DNA of 64,000 bases from an uncultured delta proteobacterium (GCA_963832165.1 CAWHTE010000001.1:768001-832000), one strand, 5' to 3'. Shown: positions 47,692 through 57,325, numbered from the stretch's first letter. The notes: a model not told the origin generated them from the letters alone. Translations and numbers: made by a program.

Positions 47692-48695
47692 CGCAGGATC
47701 AGATCCGCGACGGTGCGCGCCGTGAGGGCGTGCCCCTCGACGTTCGGGTGCCCGCGGTCGCGCACGACGTAGAGATCGCGGCCCGTCGCGTCGAAGTCCG
47801 CCGTGAACAGATCGTAGATCGAGAGCGTTTCGACGCCTTCCGAACGCAGCACGGCTTCGATGTGCGCCACGACTTCGCTGCGCGTGTGCTGCACGATCGC
47901 ACTCTGGCCCACGTACACGATCACGATCAGCCGAGCGCCGAGCTCGTGTGCGACGCGGCGGATCTCGCGCACGACGGGAAGGTTGCGTTCGAGCGACGCG
48001 AGCGGCGGATCGACCAGCAGCCTCTGCTCGGACAGCCGCGCGCGCGCGCGCCGGATCTTCGCGAGCACGCTCACGAGCCGAACGAGGTAGCTCCGGTCCC
48101 AGAAGTCGTCCGCAGCCAGGCGCTCTCGCAGGAGCTCCACGTCGCGCTCGCGCTCGACGAGGTAGCCGTGCATCACGCGCGTGGTCGGAGCGGGCTCTCC
48201 GAGATCGTTCTCGAGCCATCCGAGCGTGACCACGGTCGGACGCAGCGCCGGACCGAACCGCCGGAGCGTGCTGAGCTCCTGCGCCGTGTTGTAGCCGAAC
48301 ACGCCCGCATTCCAGACCACCGCGGCGTGGCCGTGCTGACCGAGCTCGCGCTCGAGCTGGACCGGAAACGTTTCGGCATCGGCGACGCCGTGGCCGAACG
48401 TGTTCGAGTCTCCGAGCGCGAGCACGCGCAGCGGCGGCCCCGCGCCCGCGGCCACCTCCGCGCCGCGAAAGCCGAGCGAGTTGGTCGCCACGGCGTGGTC
48501 TTCGAAGAAGGAGTGGTACACGCCGCGATAGTTCGGAGAGTTCGACCAGACGCGCTCCGTGTCTTCGGCGTAGATCCCGGGCTCGAAGTCGCGATAGGTA
48601 TTGAGCACGGGATGGCGCCAGCGCACGACGAGCTCGCCGAGCGCGAGGCTCAGCAGCAGCGACGCGCCGACGAGCAGGGCTAGAGCTGCGCGAAT
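47688..48695 (-). CDS. Membrane-anchored SGNH/GDSL hydrolase; start uncertain
   Basis: TNSLGFRG, VLALGDSNTFG, NAGVFGYNT, END, DRGHPN. Confidence 0.85.
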   Translation of the reverse strand: MRAALALLVGASLLLSLALGELVVRWRHPVLNTYRDFEPGIYAEDTERVWSNSPNYRGVYHSFFEDHAVATNSLGFRGAEVAAGAGPPLRVLALGDSNTFGHGVADAETFPVQLERELGQHGHAAVVWNAGVFGYNTAQELSTLRRFGPALRPTVVTLGWLENDLGEPAPTTRVMHGYLVERERDVELLRERLAADDFWDRSYLVRLVSVLAKIRRARARLSEQRLLVDPPLASLERNLPVVREIRRVAHELGARLIVIVYVGQSAIVQHTRSEVVAHIEAVLRSEGVETLSIYDLFTADFDATGRDLYVVRDRGHPNVEGHALTARTVADLILR

Positions 48696-49777
48696 TTCAC
48701 CACCCGCGTCGCGATCGGCGGATGCTCGTCCGCTCCGATCCAGCGGAACAGCATGCCGCCACAGCTGTGGCCCGCGGTCTCGAGCCAGTTCGAGAAGCGC
48801 GGGCCGGGATCGCGGTGCGCCACGACGATCCGCAGCGACGCGTCGGGCTCGAGCCGGGCCGTGTGGGGGTTCAGATGGATGCGATGACGGCGGTAGTCGA
48901 GCGACTCCATCCAGAAGTTGCTGAGCTGAAAGTTCCACGATCCGCTCCGCGGCAGGTGATCGATCTCGATCACGAGCGCTTCGTCGCGGCCGAGCTCCCA
49001 GCGGCTCTGGCAGTAGTGGATGTTGGCGTCGCCTCCCGCGCGCTGGCAGCGCTCCTGGTCGTCGGACGGAAGCGCGTTCGGATGCGCGGCATAGCGCGCC
49101 ATCCAGTCGACGAACAGGTTCGCCGTACCCGACACGAACGCGATGGCGCGCTGGAGGCGCTGCTCGAGGACCTCCGGGTCGAGCGCGTCGTTCTCCGCGG
49201 GTCCGACCCTCTCGATCGAGAGCTGTGCGGGGCGCTGCGCCGAGCGGTCGCTGAACGTCTCGCGCACGATCAGCTGCGTGGTGTTCGGCTGCATCGGCAA
49301 CCAATTGCCCTTCTCGGGCTCGCTGCTCGCGGTGATCTCGAAGCCGCCGTCGGGTCCGAGGTCGAGGTCGTCGCCGTCGAGCTGTCCGGTCGGCAGCATC
49401 GTGCCGTCGCTCTCGTAGCCGCCGCCTTTGGTGCCGAACGAGAGGTACGGCGCGTCTCCGCGCGTGCCGCGGATCCGGTAGCGGTAGCGCCCGGAGATGT
49501 TTGCGTTGCGGTAGACGTTGTCCGGGTTGTCGTTGCCGATCTTGACCGTCTCGTGCGAGAGCTGGAAGAAGCCCGGGAAGCGCGGGTCGGCAAACTCGAG
49601 CTGGCCCTCGAGGCCCGCGCGCAGGAGGCGCGTGAGGTAGCGGTAGCCCTCCGCGCGGTCGAACGCCGTGGTCGGCGTCTCCGCGCGCAGCACGACCTCA
49701 CCCGCGCGCTGGAGCGCGCGGCAGAAATCGCGCCAGACGCTGCCGTCGGCGAGGCGTCGCTCGGATTCCGTCGTCAT
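48680..49777 (-). CDS. DUF1214-type protein
   Basis: AEGYRYLTRL, IGNDNPDNVY, GNWLPM, IVRETFSD, NFWMESLDY, NWLETAGH; GGAGGG RBS. Confidence 0.8.
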   Translation of the reverse strand: MTTESERRLADGSVWRDFCRALQRAGEVVLRAETPTTAFDRAEGYRYLTRLLRAGLEGQLEFADPRFPGFFQLSHETVKIGNDNPDNVYRNANISGRYRYRIRGTRGDAPYLSFGTKGGGYESDGTMLPTGQLDGDDLDLGPDGGFEITASSEPEKGNWLPMQPNTTQLIVRETFSDRSAQRPAQLSIERVGPAENDALDPEVLEQRLQRAIAFVSGTANLFVDWMARYAAHPNALPSDDQERCQRAGGDANIHYCQSRWELGRDEALVIEIDHLPRSGSWNFQLSNFWMESLDYRRHRIHLNPHTARLEPDASLRIVVAHRDPGPRFSNWLETAGHSCGGMLFRWIGADEHPPIATRVVKFAQL

Positions 49778-49788
49778 GGCCCCCCTCC

Positions 49789-50280
49789 TCAGTCCGCCTG
49801 GCCGAGCTTCGCGCTGAGCTGCTCGATCCGATCGCGGAGGTGGGGCAGGCGCGGGTAGATGTGCAGCAGGCGCTCGAGCGCCTCGAGCGCTTCGAACGGC
49901 CGTCCCTGCGCCTCGCGGATCATCGCGAGGCCCGAGAGCGCGCCGAAGTGGCGCGGCTCGAGTGCGAGCGTGCGGTCGATGTCGGCCACCGATCGTTCGA
50001 GTGCGCCGTGCAGCCAGTGCAGCGTGGCGCGCTTGTTCCAGCCCTCGGCGAAGCCGGGCGCGAGCTCGACCACGCGGTCGAACGCCAGCAGCGCCGCCGT
50101 GAAATCGCGCGCCGCCATCGCCGCGAGCCCGCGCTGCAGCCACGGCGCCGCGGCTTCGTCGTCGGTCGCGAGCCATGCGGACCAGATCTCTCGCTCGATC
50201 TCGCCCGCCTCGTGCGCCGACGCAGCCGTGGCGAGCCGCGCGAACAGCCCGCCGAGCCGCTGCTGGCGCGGTTCCATCAC
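49789..50280 (-). CDS. Tetratricopeptide repeat protein
   Basis: PGFAEGWNKRAT, LEPRHFGALSGL. Confidence 0.88.
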   Translation of the reverse strand: MMEPRQQRLGGLFARLATAASAHEAGEIEREIWSAWLATDDEAAAPWLQRGLAAMAARDFTAALLAFDRVVELAPGFAEGWNKRATLHWLHGALERSVADIDRTLALEPRHFGALSGLAMIREAQGRPFEALEALERLLHIYPRLPHLRDRIEQLSAKLGQAD

Positions 50281-50283
50281 GGC

Positions 50284-51450
50284 TCACGCCGGATGCGGCG
50301 TGAAACGCACGGGCACCTGCTTGTGCGCGCGCGCCCAGATCGACGTCTTCCAGCCCGGATCGCCCGTGAGCTCGTACTCGGGCACGCGCGCGAGCAGCTC
50401 CTCGAACGCCACGCGCGCTTCGAGCCGCGCGAGCCGCGCGCCTAGACAGAAGTGGGTGCCGTGACCGAAGCCGAGGTGGCGCGGCGCGGATCGCGTGACG
50501 TCGAACGCCTCGGCGTTCGGGAACTCGCGCTCGTCGCGGTTCGCGGCGGCCCACACGAGGCGAACCATCGCACCCTTGGGAATCGTGCGTCCGTGCAGCG
50601 CCACGTCGGCGAGCATGCGCCGCGGCAGCGCCTGGGCGGGCGCCTCGCAGCGCACCATCTCCTCGATCGCGTTGGGAATCGCGGCTGGATCGCGCGCGAG
50701 CAGCGCGCGCTGCTCGGGGTGCTCCGCGAGCAGCACGGCACCATTCGCGATCAGGTTGGTGGTCGTGTCGTTGCCTGCGACGATCAGCGTGAAGCAGAAG
50801 CCGAGCAGCTCCTGCTCGGACAGATGCTCGCCATCGATCTCGGCGTCGATCAGCGCACTCATGAGGTCTTCGCGGCGCGCGACGCGCCGGTCGGCGAGCA
50901 GCTTCGAGAACTCGGCGTAGATGTTGGTCGCGGGCTGGATGACCTCGTGCGCCTTGCCGACCTCGGTCTCGACCAGCGCCTCGGTCCAGTCGAGGAACGC
51001 CTCGCGGCGGTCCTCGGGCACGCCGATCATGTCGCCGATCACGAGGCTCGGCAGATGGCGCGAGAACTCGGCCATCAGGTCGGCCTCGCCGCGCGACGCG
51101 AAGCGATCGATCAGGCTTCTGGCGATCGCGCGGATGCGCGGCTCCATCGCGTCGGCGCGGCGGCCCGTGAACGCGCGCGAGACGAGATTGCGCAGCGCGT
51201 CGTGGCGCGGCGGATCGAGCGATTGAATGTGCGGCAACAGCCCCACGGAGATGTCGGTGTTCTCGGACGAGAGGCGGGCGGTATCGGCTGCGGCGTCGCG
51301 CACGTCGGCATAGCGCGAGAGCGCCCAGATGCCCGTTGCCGGGTTCTCGTAGACGGGGTGCTCGTCGCGCAGCACGCGGTAGATCTCGTGAGCGTTGGCC
51401 TGGAAGTCGGGACGCGCGGGGTCGTAGACGAAGACCTGGCTCGGGGGCAT
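50284..51450 (-). CDS. Cytochrome P450
   Basis: DPPRH, AGNDTT, EEMVR, AANRD, FGHGTHFCLG. Confidence 0.96.
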   Translation of the reverse strand: MPPSQVFVYDPARPDFQANAHEIYRVLRDEHPVYENPATGIWALSRYADVRDAAADTARLSSENTDISVGLLPHIQSLDPPRHDALRNLVSRAFTGRRADAMEPRIRAIARSLIDRFASRGEADLMAEFSRHLPSLVIGDMIGVPEDRREAFLDWTEALVETEVGKAHEVIQPATNIYAEFSKLLADRRVARREDLMSALIDAEIDGEHLSEQELLGFCFTLIVAGNDTTTNLIANGAVLLAEHPEQRALLARDPAAIPNAIEEMVRCEAPAQALPRRMLADVALHGRTIPKGAMVRLVWAAANRDEREFPNAEAFDVTRSAPRHLGFGHGTHFCLGARLARLEARVAFEELLARVPEYELTGDPGWKTSIWARAHKQVPVRFTPHPA

Positions 51451-51458
51451 GGAGCGCC

Positions 51459-51468
51459 AGTATATACT
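51459..51468. promoter_or_regulatory. Palindromic bidirectional -10 element
   Basis: AGTATATACT gives TATACT on both strands in the 41-bp gap between divergent genes. Confidence 0.55.
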
Positions 51469-51491
51469 CGCGATCCGAGGAGGAACCTCCC

Positions 51492-52709
51492 ATGACCCGC
51501 GTCGTGAAGCTCGGCATCCGGCGTCCCGCCACCCGGCCGCTCCTGCCCGATCCGGATCCGCGGCCCGTCAAGTACACCTTCATTTCCGTCGACGACCACC
51601 TGATGGAGCCGCCTCACGCGTTCGAGGGGCGGATGCCGCAGCGCTTCGCAGATCGCGCACCGCGCGTGGTCGAGACCGAGGAAGGCCATCAGGTCTGGCA
51701 GATCGAGGGCACGCCGTACTTCCAGGTCGGCTTCATGTGCGTGGCGGGGCGGCCGCGCGAGGATCACCGCGTCGAGCCCGCGCGCTTCGACGAGGTGCGG
51801 CGCGGCTGCTGGGACATCGACGCGCGGATCAAGGACATGGACATCGGCGGCATCTACGCGTCGGTGAACTTCCCGTCCGGCGTCACGGGCTTCGGCGGCA
51901 CGCTGTTCTCGGAGCTCGAGGATCGCGAGTTCGGCCTCGCGTGCATGCGCGCGTGGAACGACTGGCTGTTCGAGGAGTGGTACACGCCCTATCCCGATCG
52001 GATCATTCCGCTCGGCCTCACCTATCTGACGGATCCCGAAAAGGGCGCCCAGGAGATCCGGCGCAACGCGGCGCGCGGATTTCGCGCCGTGACGATGCCC
52101 GAGCAGCCGCACCGACAGGGGCTGCCCGCGGTGTTCGACGCCTACTGGGAGCCGATCATCCGCGCCTGCGCCGAGACGCAGACCGTGCTGAACCTGCACA
52201 ACGGCTCGTCGGGCTTCGCGCAGATGCCGGCCGGCGCGCCGATGCTCGAGCTCGGCGCGACGATGTTCGGCCCGATGGCGATCACGTCGTGTGCCGAGTG
52301 GCTCTGGAGCGGCTGGCCCGCGAAGTATCCGGAGCTGCGCATCGCGATGAGCGAGGGCGGAATCGGCTGGGTGGCGATGCTGATCGATCGCCTCGACAAC
52401 ATCATGAGCCGCTCGGGCTACGGCTCGGGCTGGCCCGACAAGCAGAACTCACCCACCGACGTGCTGCGCCGCAACTTCTGGTTCTGCATGATCGAGGACG
52501 CCTCGACGATCTGCACGCGCCACACGATCGGCGTCGACAACATCCTGTTCGAGAGCGACTACCCGCACGGCGACGGCACCTGGCCCGACACGCAGAAGGT
52601 GATCGACGAGGTGCTCGGCTCGTTGCCCGTCGAGGAGATCCGCAAGATCACCCACGAGAACGCCGCGCACGTGTACCGCCACCCGCTGCCGAAGGTGTGC
52701 ATTCCGTAG
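51492..52709 (+). CDS. Amidohydrolase family 2 protein
   Basis: ISVDDHLMEP, LNLHNGSS, SEGGIGW, FESDYPHGD; GAGGAGG RBS. Confidence 0.9.
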   Translation: MTRVVKLGIRRPATRPLLPDPDPRPVKYTFISVDDHLMEPPHAFEGRMPQRFADRAPRVVETEEGHQVWQIEGTPYFQVGFMCVAGRPREDHRVEPARFDEVRRGCWDIDARIKDMDIGGIYASVNFPSGVTGFGGTLFSELEDREFGLACMRAWNDWLFEEWYTPYPDRIIPLGLTYLTDPEKGAQEIRRNAARGFRAVTMPEQPHRQGLPAVFDAYWEPIIRACAETQTVLNLHNGSSGFAQMPAGAPMLELGATMFGPMAITSCAEWLWSGWPAKYPELRIAMSEGGIGWVAMLIDRLDNIMSRSGYGSGWPDKQNSPTDVLRRNFWFCMIEDASTICTRHTIGVDNILFESDYPHGDGTWPDTQKVIDEVLGSLPVEEIRKITHENAAHVYRHPLPKVCIP

Positions 52710-52727
52710 CGCGAGGCCCGAAAACGA

Positions 52728-52755
52728 CTCGGGCGTCGCCGAAGCGACGCCCGAG
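52728..52755. terminator. Bidirectional intrinsic terminator
   Basis: Perfect 12-bp stem CTCGGGCGTCGC-CGAA-GCGACGCCCGAG flanked by AAAA and TTTCTT, between convergent genes. Confidence 0.8.
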
Positions 52756-52777
52756 GGTTTCTTATCGTGCGAGTCGC

Positions 52778-53519
52778 TTAGCGCCGAGCTCCCATGCGGC
52801 TGCCGCACGCGGCGAGCAGCACGAGGCCGAGGCCCATCAGCAGGGCCGTGCCGGGCTCGGGCACCACGAGCGCGGCCTCCGAGTGGGCGATGATGACGTC
52901 GCCGGTGACGGGGCAGGCCAGTTCCCAGGACCACGTGGATCGCGTTCACGGCGAGCGCGAGGTTCCCCGTGAAGATCTGCTCGTTCAGTGTGATCGTGAT
53001 CCCGCCCGCATTGAAGATGACCGTGTTCGGTGCGGGAGCGACCGGGACCACGACGGGGGTGCCGAACACGCTCAGGACAGCGTTCTCGATGATGGTGAAG
53101 CCGACCCCGCTGAGCACATTCTCACCGGTGACGGTCGACTCGGAATAGATCGTGGTCGCGGAAAGACTCAGAATCGCCGCGATCGAGGGGTCGGTAAGCA
53201 GGCCGTTGACCGTCGCGTTGGCTGACGCGTACTTCACTCCCGCGGCGCCATCGACGTCCGAGGCCGCGTTCACCGTCGAGACGCCGGTCGTCAGCACGCC
53301 AGGCACTGCGACGTTCGCGAGGGCGTCCGAGTCGAAGTACGGCGGCGGAGCGGAGCCCGAGGCCGTGGGCAGCGCCACGGTGGCGTTGATCAGGCCCGAC
53401 AGGTTGACGTCGACACCGGCGGCATCACTGCTGCCCGCGATGACGAGCGCGCTGGCGGGAGCGCTCAGGGTGAAGACAGCTAGAAAGGAGAGCAGGAGTA
53501 ATCGCTTCGACTGGTGCAT
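52778..53519 (-). CDS. PEP-CTERM surface protein (choice-of-anchor P-like domain); frameshift near 52912
   Basis: Signal peptide; PAPNTVI, ITLNEQ, VNAIHV; shifted frame gives GDVIIAHSEA-LVVPEPGTALLMGLGLVLLAA...RR-stop. Confidence 0.8.
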
Positions 53520-53728
53520 ATCCCTCTTCCTCTTGAATATTCATCTTGTGCGACAGTGAGCCCGTAGCGGGGTCCACTTACAGCTCGCGTTCTTCCCGGG
53601 TCCCATAGTGCCCCCACCGATATGTAAAAGCACCGGAAATATGCACCTTGATCGAAATATTTTTGACACTCCCGGCCCCAGGGAGCCACACAGCAGGCTC
53701 CGAGCGGGTTCAGACGGGCTTCCAGAGG

Positions 53729-54889
53729 TTAGGGAGGCGAACCTGCCCCCGCGGGTCGCACCGAGACCTTGACTCGGTCGGGATGGACGGCGACCACGTC
53801 GAGCGTGTCGGGTCTGCGCACGGAATCGTCCCCGAGCGCGAACGTGCGCCGACCGAAGCGCGCCAGGTAGGCGTCGACGCGCACGCTCACCTGGTCGGGC
53901 TCGGAGAGCACGAGGTTGCGGCGGAGCCCGCGCAGCCTCACCTGGACCTCGGGCGGATCGACCGACTCGAGCTCGAGCTCGTCGGGCAGGTTCGACACCT
54001 TCACCGCGGCCGGCACGGTCACCTCGGTGAGCGCCGAGCCCGGCACGAACACGAGCCACAGCGCGAGCGCTCCCGCGGCCGCGAGCACCGCGTCGACGCC
54101 GGCGCGATCGCGCCACCAGGGAAGGCGCGCCTCTGCTTCGCGCTCGCCGCGCACCGCGATCAGCTCGTGCGCGAGGTCCTGCGGACGCGCGAGCACGCGC
54201 AGCGCGCCGTCGCGCGCCAAGGAGACCGTCCCGCGCTCCTCCGAGACCACGATGCAGGTGGCGTCGCAGCGCTCCGCGAGCCCGAGCGCGGCCGCGTGCC
54301 GGGTGCCGCCCGACCCGAGCGCCGAGCGATTCACCGAGAGCGGCAGATGGACCGCGAAGCGCTCGAGACGCGAGCCGCGCAGGATCACCGCGCCGTCGTG
54401 CCCGGGCGAGCTCGGATCGAAGATCGAGAGCAACAGCGGCTCGGAGAGCCGCCCGTCGAGCGCGATGCCGCCCTCGACGTGGCTCTCGATCGGCTCGCGC
54501 TGCGGCAGCACGATCAGCGCGCCGACGCGCGTCGCGGCCAGGCGCGCCACGGCGCGCACGATCAGGTCGCTCACGTCGACGCCGCGGCGATCGCGCGCGT
54601 CTCCGCGGCGCAGGCTGCCGAGCTGCTCGAACAGGCGCCGGAGATCCTCCTGGAACACCACGACGAGCACGAGCACGAGCACCGCGAAGAAGCCCTGGAA
54701 CAGCGAGGCCGTGAGCTGGAGCTCGAGCCCGCGCGCGAGCAGATAGACGCCGCCGAGCAGCGTGAGGCCGATGAGCGCGCGGCGTCCCCGCGTGCGGCGC
54801 ACGAAGCGGATCGCCAGCCAGAGCAGGAGACCCACGGTCGCGATGTCGACCAGGTCGCGCCAGAAGAAGATCGTGAACAGATTCGCCAT
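53729..54889 (-). CDS. cdaA: Diadenylate cyclase (CdaA type, 3 TM) fused to a TM and a YbbR/CdaR-like domain
   Basis: VVFQEDLRR, GALIVL, PGHDGAVI, GTRHAAALG, VVSEERG; C-terminal SVDPPEVQVRLRG and VHPDRVKV. Confidence 0.88.
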   Translation of the reverse strand: MANLFTIFFWRDLVDIATVGLLLWLAIRFVRRTRGRRALIGLTLLGGVYLLARGLELQLTASLFQGFFAVLVLVLVVVFQEDLRRLFEQLGSLRRGDARDRRGVDVSDLIVRAVARLAATRVGALIVLPQREPIESHVEGGIALDGRLSEPLLLSIFDPSSPGHDGAVILRGSRLERFAVHLPLSVNRSALGSGGTRHAAALGLAERCDATCIVVSEERGTVSLARDGALRVLARPQDLAHELIAVRGEREAEARLPWWRDRAGVDAVLAAAGALALWLVFVPGSALTEVTVPAAVKVSNLPDELELESVDPPEVQVRLRGLRRNLVLSEPDQVSVRVDAYLARFGRRTFALGDDSVRRPDTLDVVAVHPDRVKVSVRPAGAGSPP

Positions 54890-54896
54890 CGGTCGG

Positions 54897-56276
54897 CTAT
54901 GTGCCGGGAGAGTCGGTCGGGCTCTCCGGCGTGGCGGGCGGTGCCGGGTTCATGCGCAGGCGCGCGATCCGCCGCCGCGTCACTTCGAGCACGGTCGCGA
55001 CGAACGGTCCCACGCGCACCGAATCGCCCTTGTGCGGCAGGCGGCCCAGCCGCGCCGTCACGTGGCCGCCGATCGTCTCCTCGCCCTCGTCCTCCGCGTC
55101 GGAGAGCTCGAAGTCGAGCCGGTCCAGGGCCTCGGGAATCGACATGCGCCCGGACAGCTCGAAGCTCCCGCCGGGCAGCTTCACGAGCTCCTGGACCGCC
55201 TCGTCGAACTCGTCGCCGAGCGGTCCCACGATCTCTTCGAGCGCGTCCTCGCGGAACGCGAGCCCGATCGCCGTGCCGTGCTCGTCGAGCACCACCGCGC
55301 AGTGCTGCCGCTGACGCTGGAGCTCGAGCAGGAAATCGGACAGCGACATCGTGTCCGAGACGAAGAGCGGCGGGTTCACGAGCTCGCGCAGGTCGGGAGT
55401 TTCGCCGCGCAACAACACGTCGAGCACGTCCTTCGAGTGCAGGAAGCCCACGATCGTGTCGAGCCCGAGCTCGCACACGGGAAGCCGCGAGTGGCGGCTG
55501 GAGCGGACCCGCTCGAGGTTCGCCTCGAGGCTGTGTTCGAGCGTGACGAACTCGACGTCGACGCGCGGCACCACCACGTGCCGCACCTCGAGCTCGATCA
55601 TCCGGAACACATTGGCCGTGAGCTCGTGCTCGCGCTCGGAGATGTGGCCGGCGCTCGCCGACAGCGAGAGGATGCTGCGGATCTCCTCGGCGGTGGGACT
55701 GCCCGCGGTGCCGAGATCGGCGCGCAGCCCGACCAGGCGGAGCAGCGCGTTGGACATGGCATTGATCGCGACGATGAACGGCCCGAACAGCCACGCGAAC
55801 CCGTACAGGATCGGGGCGGTGCGCAGTGCGATGCCCTCGGCGCGCCGCAGCGCCCACATCTTCGGCGCCTGCTCGCCGAGCGTCATGTGGAGCGTGGTGA
55901 TGATCACGAAGGCGATCCCGATCGACACGACGGGCACCCAGGCCGCGCCGGGGTCGACGGCGACGCCGAGCGCATCGAGTGCCGCGATCAGCACCACGGA
56001 GACGGCCGGCTCACCCAGCGCACCCAGGATCAGGCTCGCGAGCGTGATCCCGAGCTGACACGCCGACAGGTAGCGGTCGAGATGCTGGAGGATGTGCTTC
56101 GCGGTGTGCGCGGAGCGCCGCCCCTCGCCCGCGAGCTGCTCGATCCGCGACTCGCGCACCTTCACGAGCGCGAACTCGGCCGCGACGAAGAAGCCGTTCA
56201 GCAGCACGAAGAAGAGGGTGGCGCCGAGCCGCCACGCGACCCCGAACAGGTCGAGCGAAGGGTGGACTTCGGTCAA
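54897..56276 (-). CDS. CNNM/CorB (hemolysin family) transporter: DUF21-CBS-CorC
   Basis: NGFFVAAEFALV, CQLGITLASL, GEQAPK, HSRLPV, VLDEHG, LEEIVG, TIGG. Confidence 0.92.
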   Translation of the reverse strand: MTEVHPSLDLFGVAWRLGATLFFVLLNGFFVAAEFALVKVRESRIEQLAGEGRRSAHTAKHILQHLDRYLSACQLGITLASLILGALGEPAVSVVLIAALDALGVAVDPGAAWVPVVSIGIAFVIITTLHMTLGEQAPKMWALRRAEGIALRTAPILYGFAWLFGPFIVAINAMSNALLRLVGLRADLGTAGSPTAEEIRSILSLSASAGHISEREHELTANVFRMIELEVRHVVVPRVDVEFVTLEHSLEANLERVRSSRHSRLPVCELGLDTIVGFLHSKDVLDVLLRGETPDLRELVNPPLFVSDTMSLSDFLLELQRQRQHCAVVLDEHGTAIGLAFREDALEEIVGPLGDEFDEAVQELVKLPGGSFELSGRMSIPEALDRLDFELSDAEDEGEETIGGHVTARLGRLPHKGDSVRVGPFVATVLEVTRRRIARLRMNPAPPATPESPTDSPGT

Positions 56277-56340
56277 CGCACCGCCCCTCCGCGAGAGGTA
56301 CCGCGGCGCGGATCGCGCCGCCAGCGGATCCGGCGCCCGT

Positions 56341-57096
56341 TCACTCCGCCTGCGGCAGGGGGCGTCCGGAACCCGCTGCCCTTCCGCGTTTTGCGCGCAG
56401 GTTCAGCACCTCCACGAACAGCGAGAACGCCATCGCGGAGTAGACGTATCCCTTCGGAACGTGCTGATCGAATCCCTCCGCGACCAGCATCACGCCGATC
56501 AGGAGCAGGAACGAGAGCGCGAGCATCTTGATCGTGGGATGTCGCTCGATGAACTTCGAGATCGCGCCGGCCGAGATCATCATCACGCCGATGGCGATGA
56601 TGATCGCCGCGATCATTACGGGGACGTCGTCGGCCATCCCGACCGCCGTGATCACCGAGTCGAGCGAGAACACGAGGTCGAGCAGCAGGATCTGGACGAT
56701 TACGGACGTGAACGAGGCGGCGATGCGCTCGGCGTCGGGATGATCGCTGCCCTCCTCCATCTTCTCGTGGATCTCGAACGTGCTCTTCCCGATCAGGAAC
56801 AGGCCTCCCCCGATCAGGATCAGGTCGCGCCCCGAGAAACCCTCGCCGAAGATCGCGAAGAGGTCGGTGGTCAGGCGCATGATCCACGCGATCGAGAGCA
56901 GCAGCGCCACGCGCCCGAACATCGCGAGCGCGAGCCCGATCATGCGCGCCCGCGCCTGCCTCTCGCGCGGGAGGCGATCCGAGAGGATCGAGATGAAGAC
57001 GATGTTGTCGATGCCGAGCACGATCTCGAGCGCAGTGAGCGTCGCGAGCGCGATCCAGGCCTGCGGGTCGCTGATCCAGCTGATCCAGTCGAACAT
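56341..57096 (-). CDS. TerC family membrane protein
   Basis: LEIVLGIDNIVFI, GGLFLIGKST, DLVFSLDSVITAVG, PKGYVY. Confidence 0.93.
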   Translation of the reverse strand: MFDWISWISDPQAWIALATLTALEIVLGIDNIVFISILSDRLPRERQARARMIGLALAMFGRVALLLSIAWIMRLTTDLFAIFGEGFSGRDLILIGGGLFLIGKSTFEIHEKMEEGSDHPDAERIAASFTSVIVQILLLDLVFSLDSVITAVGMADDVPVMIAAIIIAIGVMMISAGAISKFIERHPTIKMLALSFLLLIGVMLVAEGFDQHVPKGYVYSAMAFSLFVEVLNLRAKRGRAAGSGRPLPQAE

Positions 57097-57139
57097 CGGT
57101 GGAGATTTCGTGCGGGGCGAGTTCGGATCGCAGTAGTAG

Positions 57140-57215
57140 TGGTGGCCCAGGCCAGAGTCGAACTGGCGACACCCGCATTTTCAGTGCGGTGCTCTACCAA
57201 CTGAGCTACCGGGCC
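57140..57215 (-). tRNA. tRNA-Phe (GAA)
   Basis: GGCCCGGTAGCTCAGTTGGTAGAGCACCGCACTGAAAATGCGGGTGTCGCCAGTTCGACTCTGGCCTGGGCCACCA; 76 nt, cloverleaf, encoded CCA. Confidence 0.97.
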
Positions 57216-57325
57216 ACGGGGGTGGGAAGCTAGCCGTTCGCGCTGGGTGGGTCGAGCATGCGACGAGCTGCGCGCGTGTGTTTCGAGATCACGGCGCGCG
57301 CGCGCGTGCGTGGTAGCTTGCCGTC

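Noticed and set aside
57100..57240. tRNA-Phe as an island integration site
   Set aside because: No integrase and no repeat of the tRNA 3' end noticed; flanking genes look host-like
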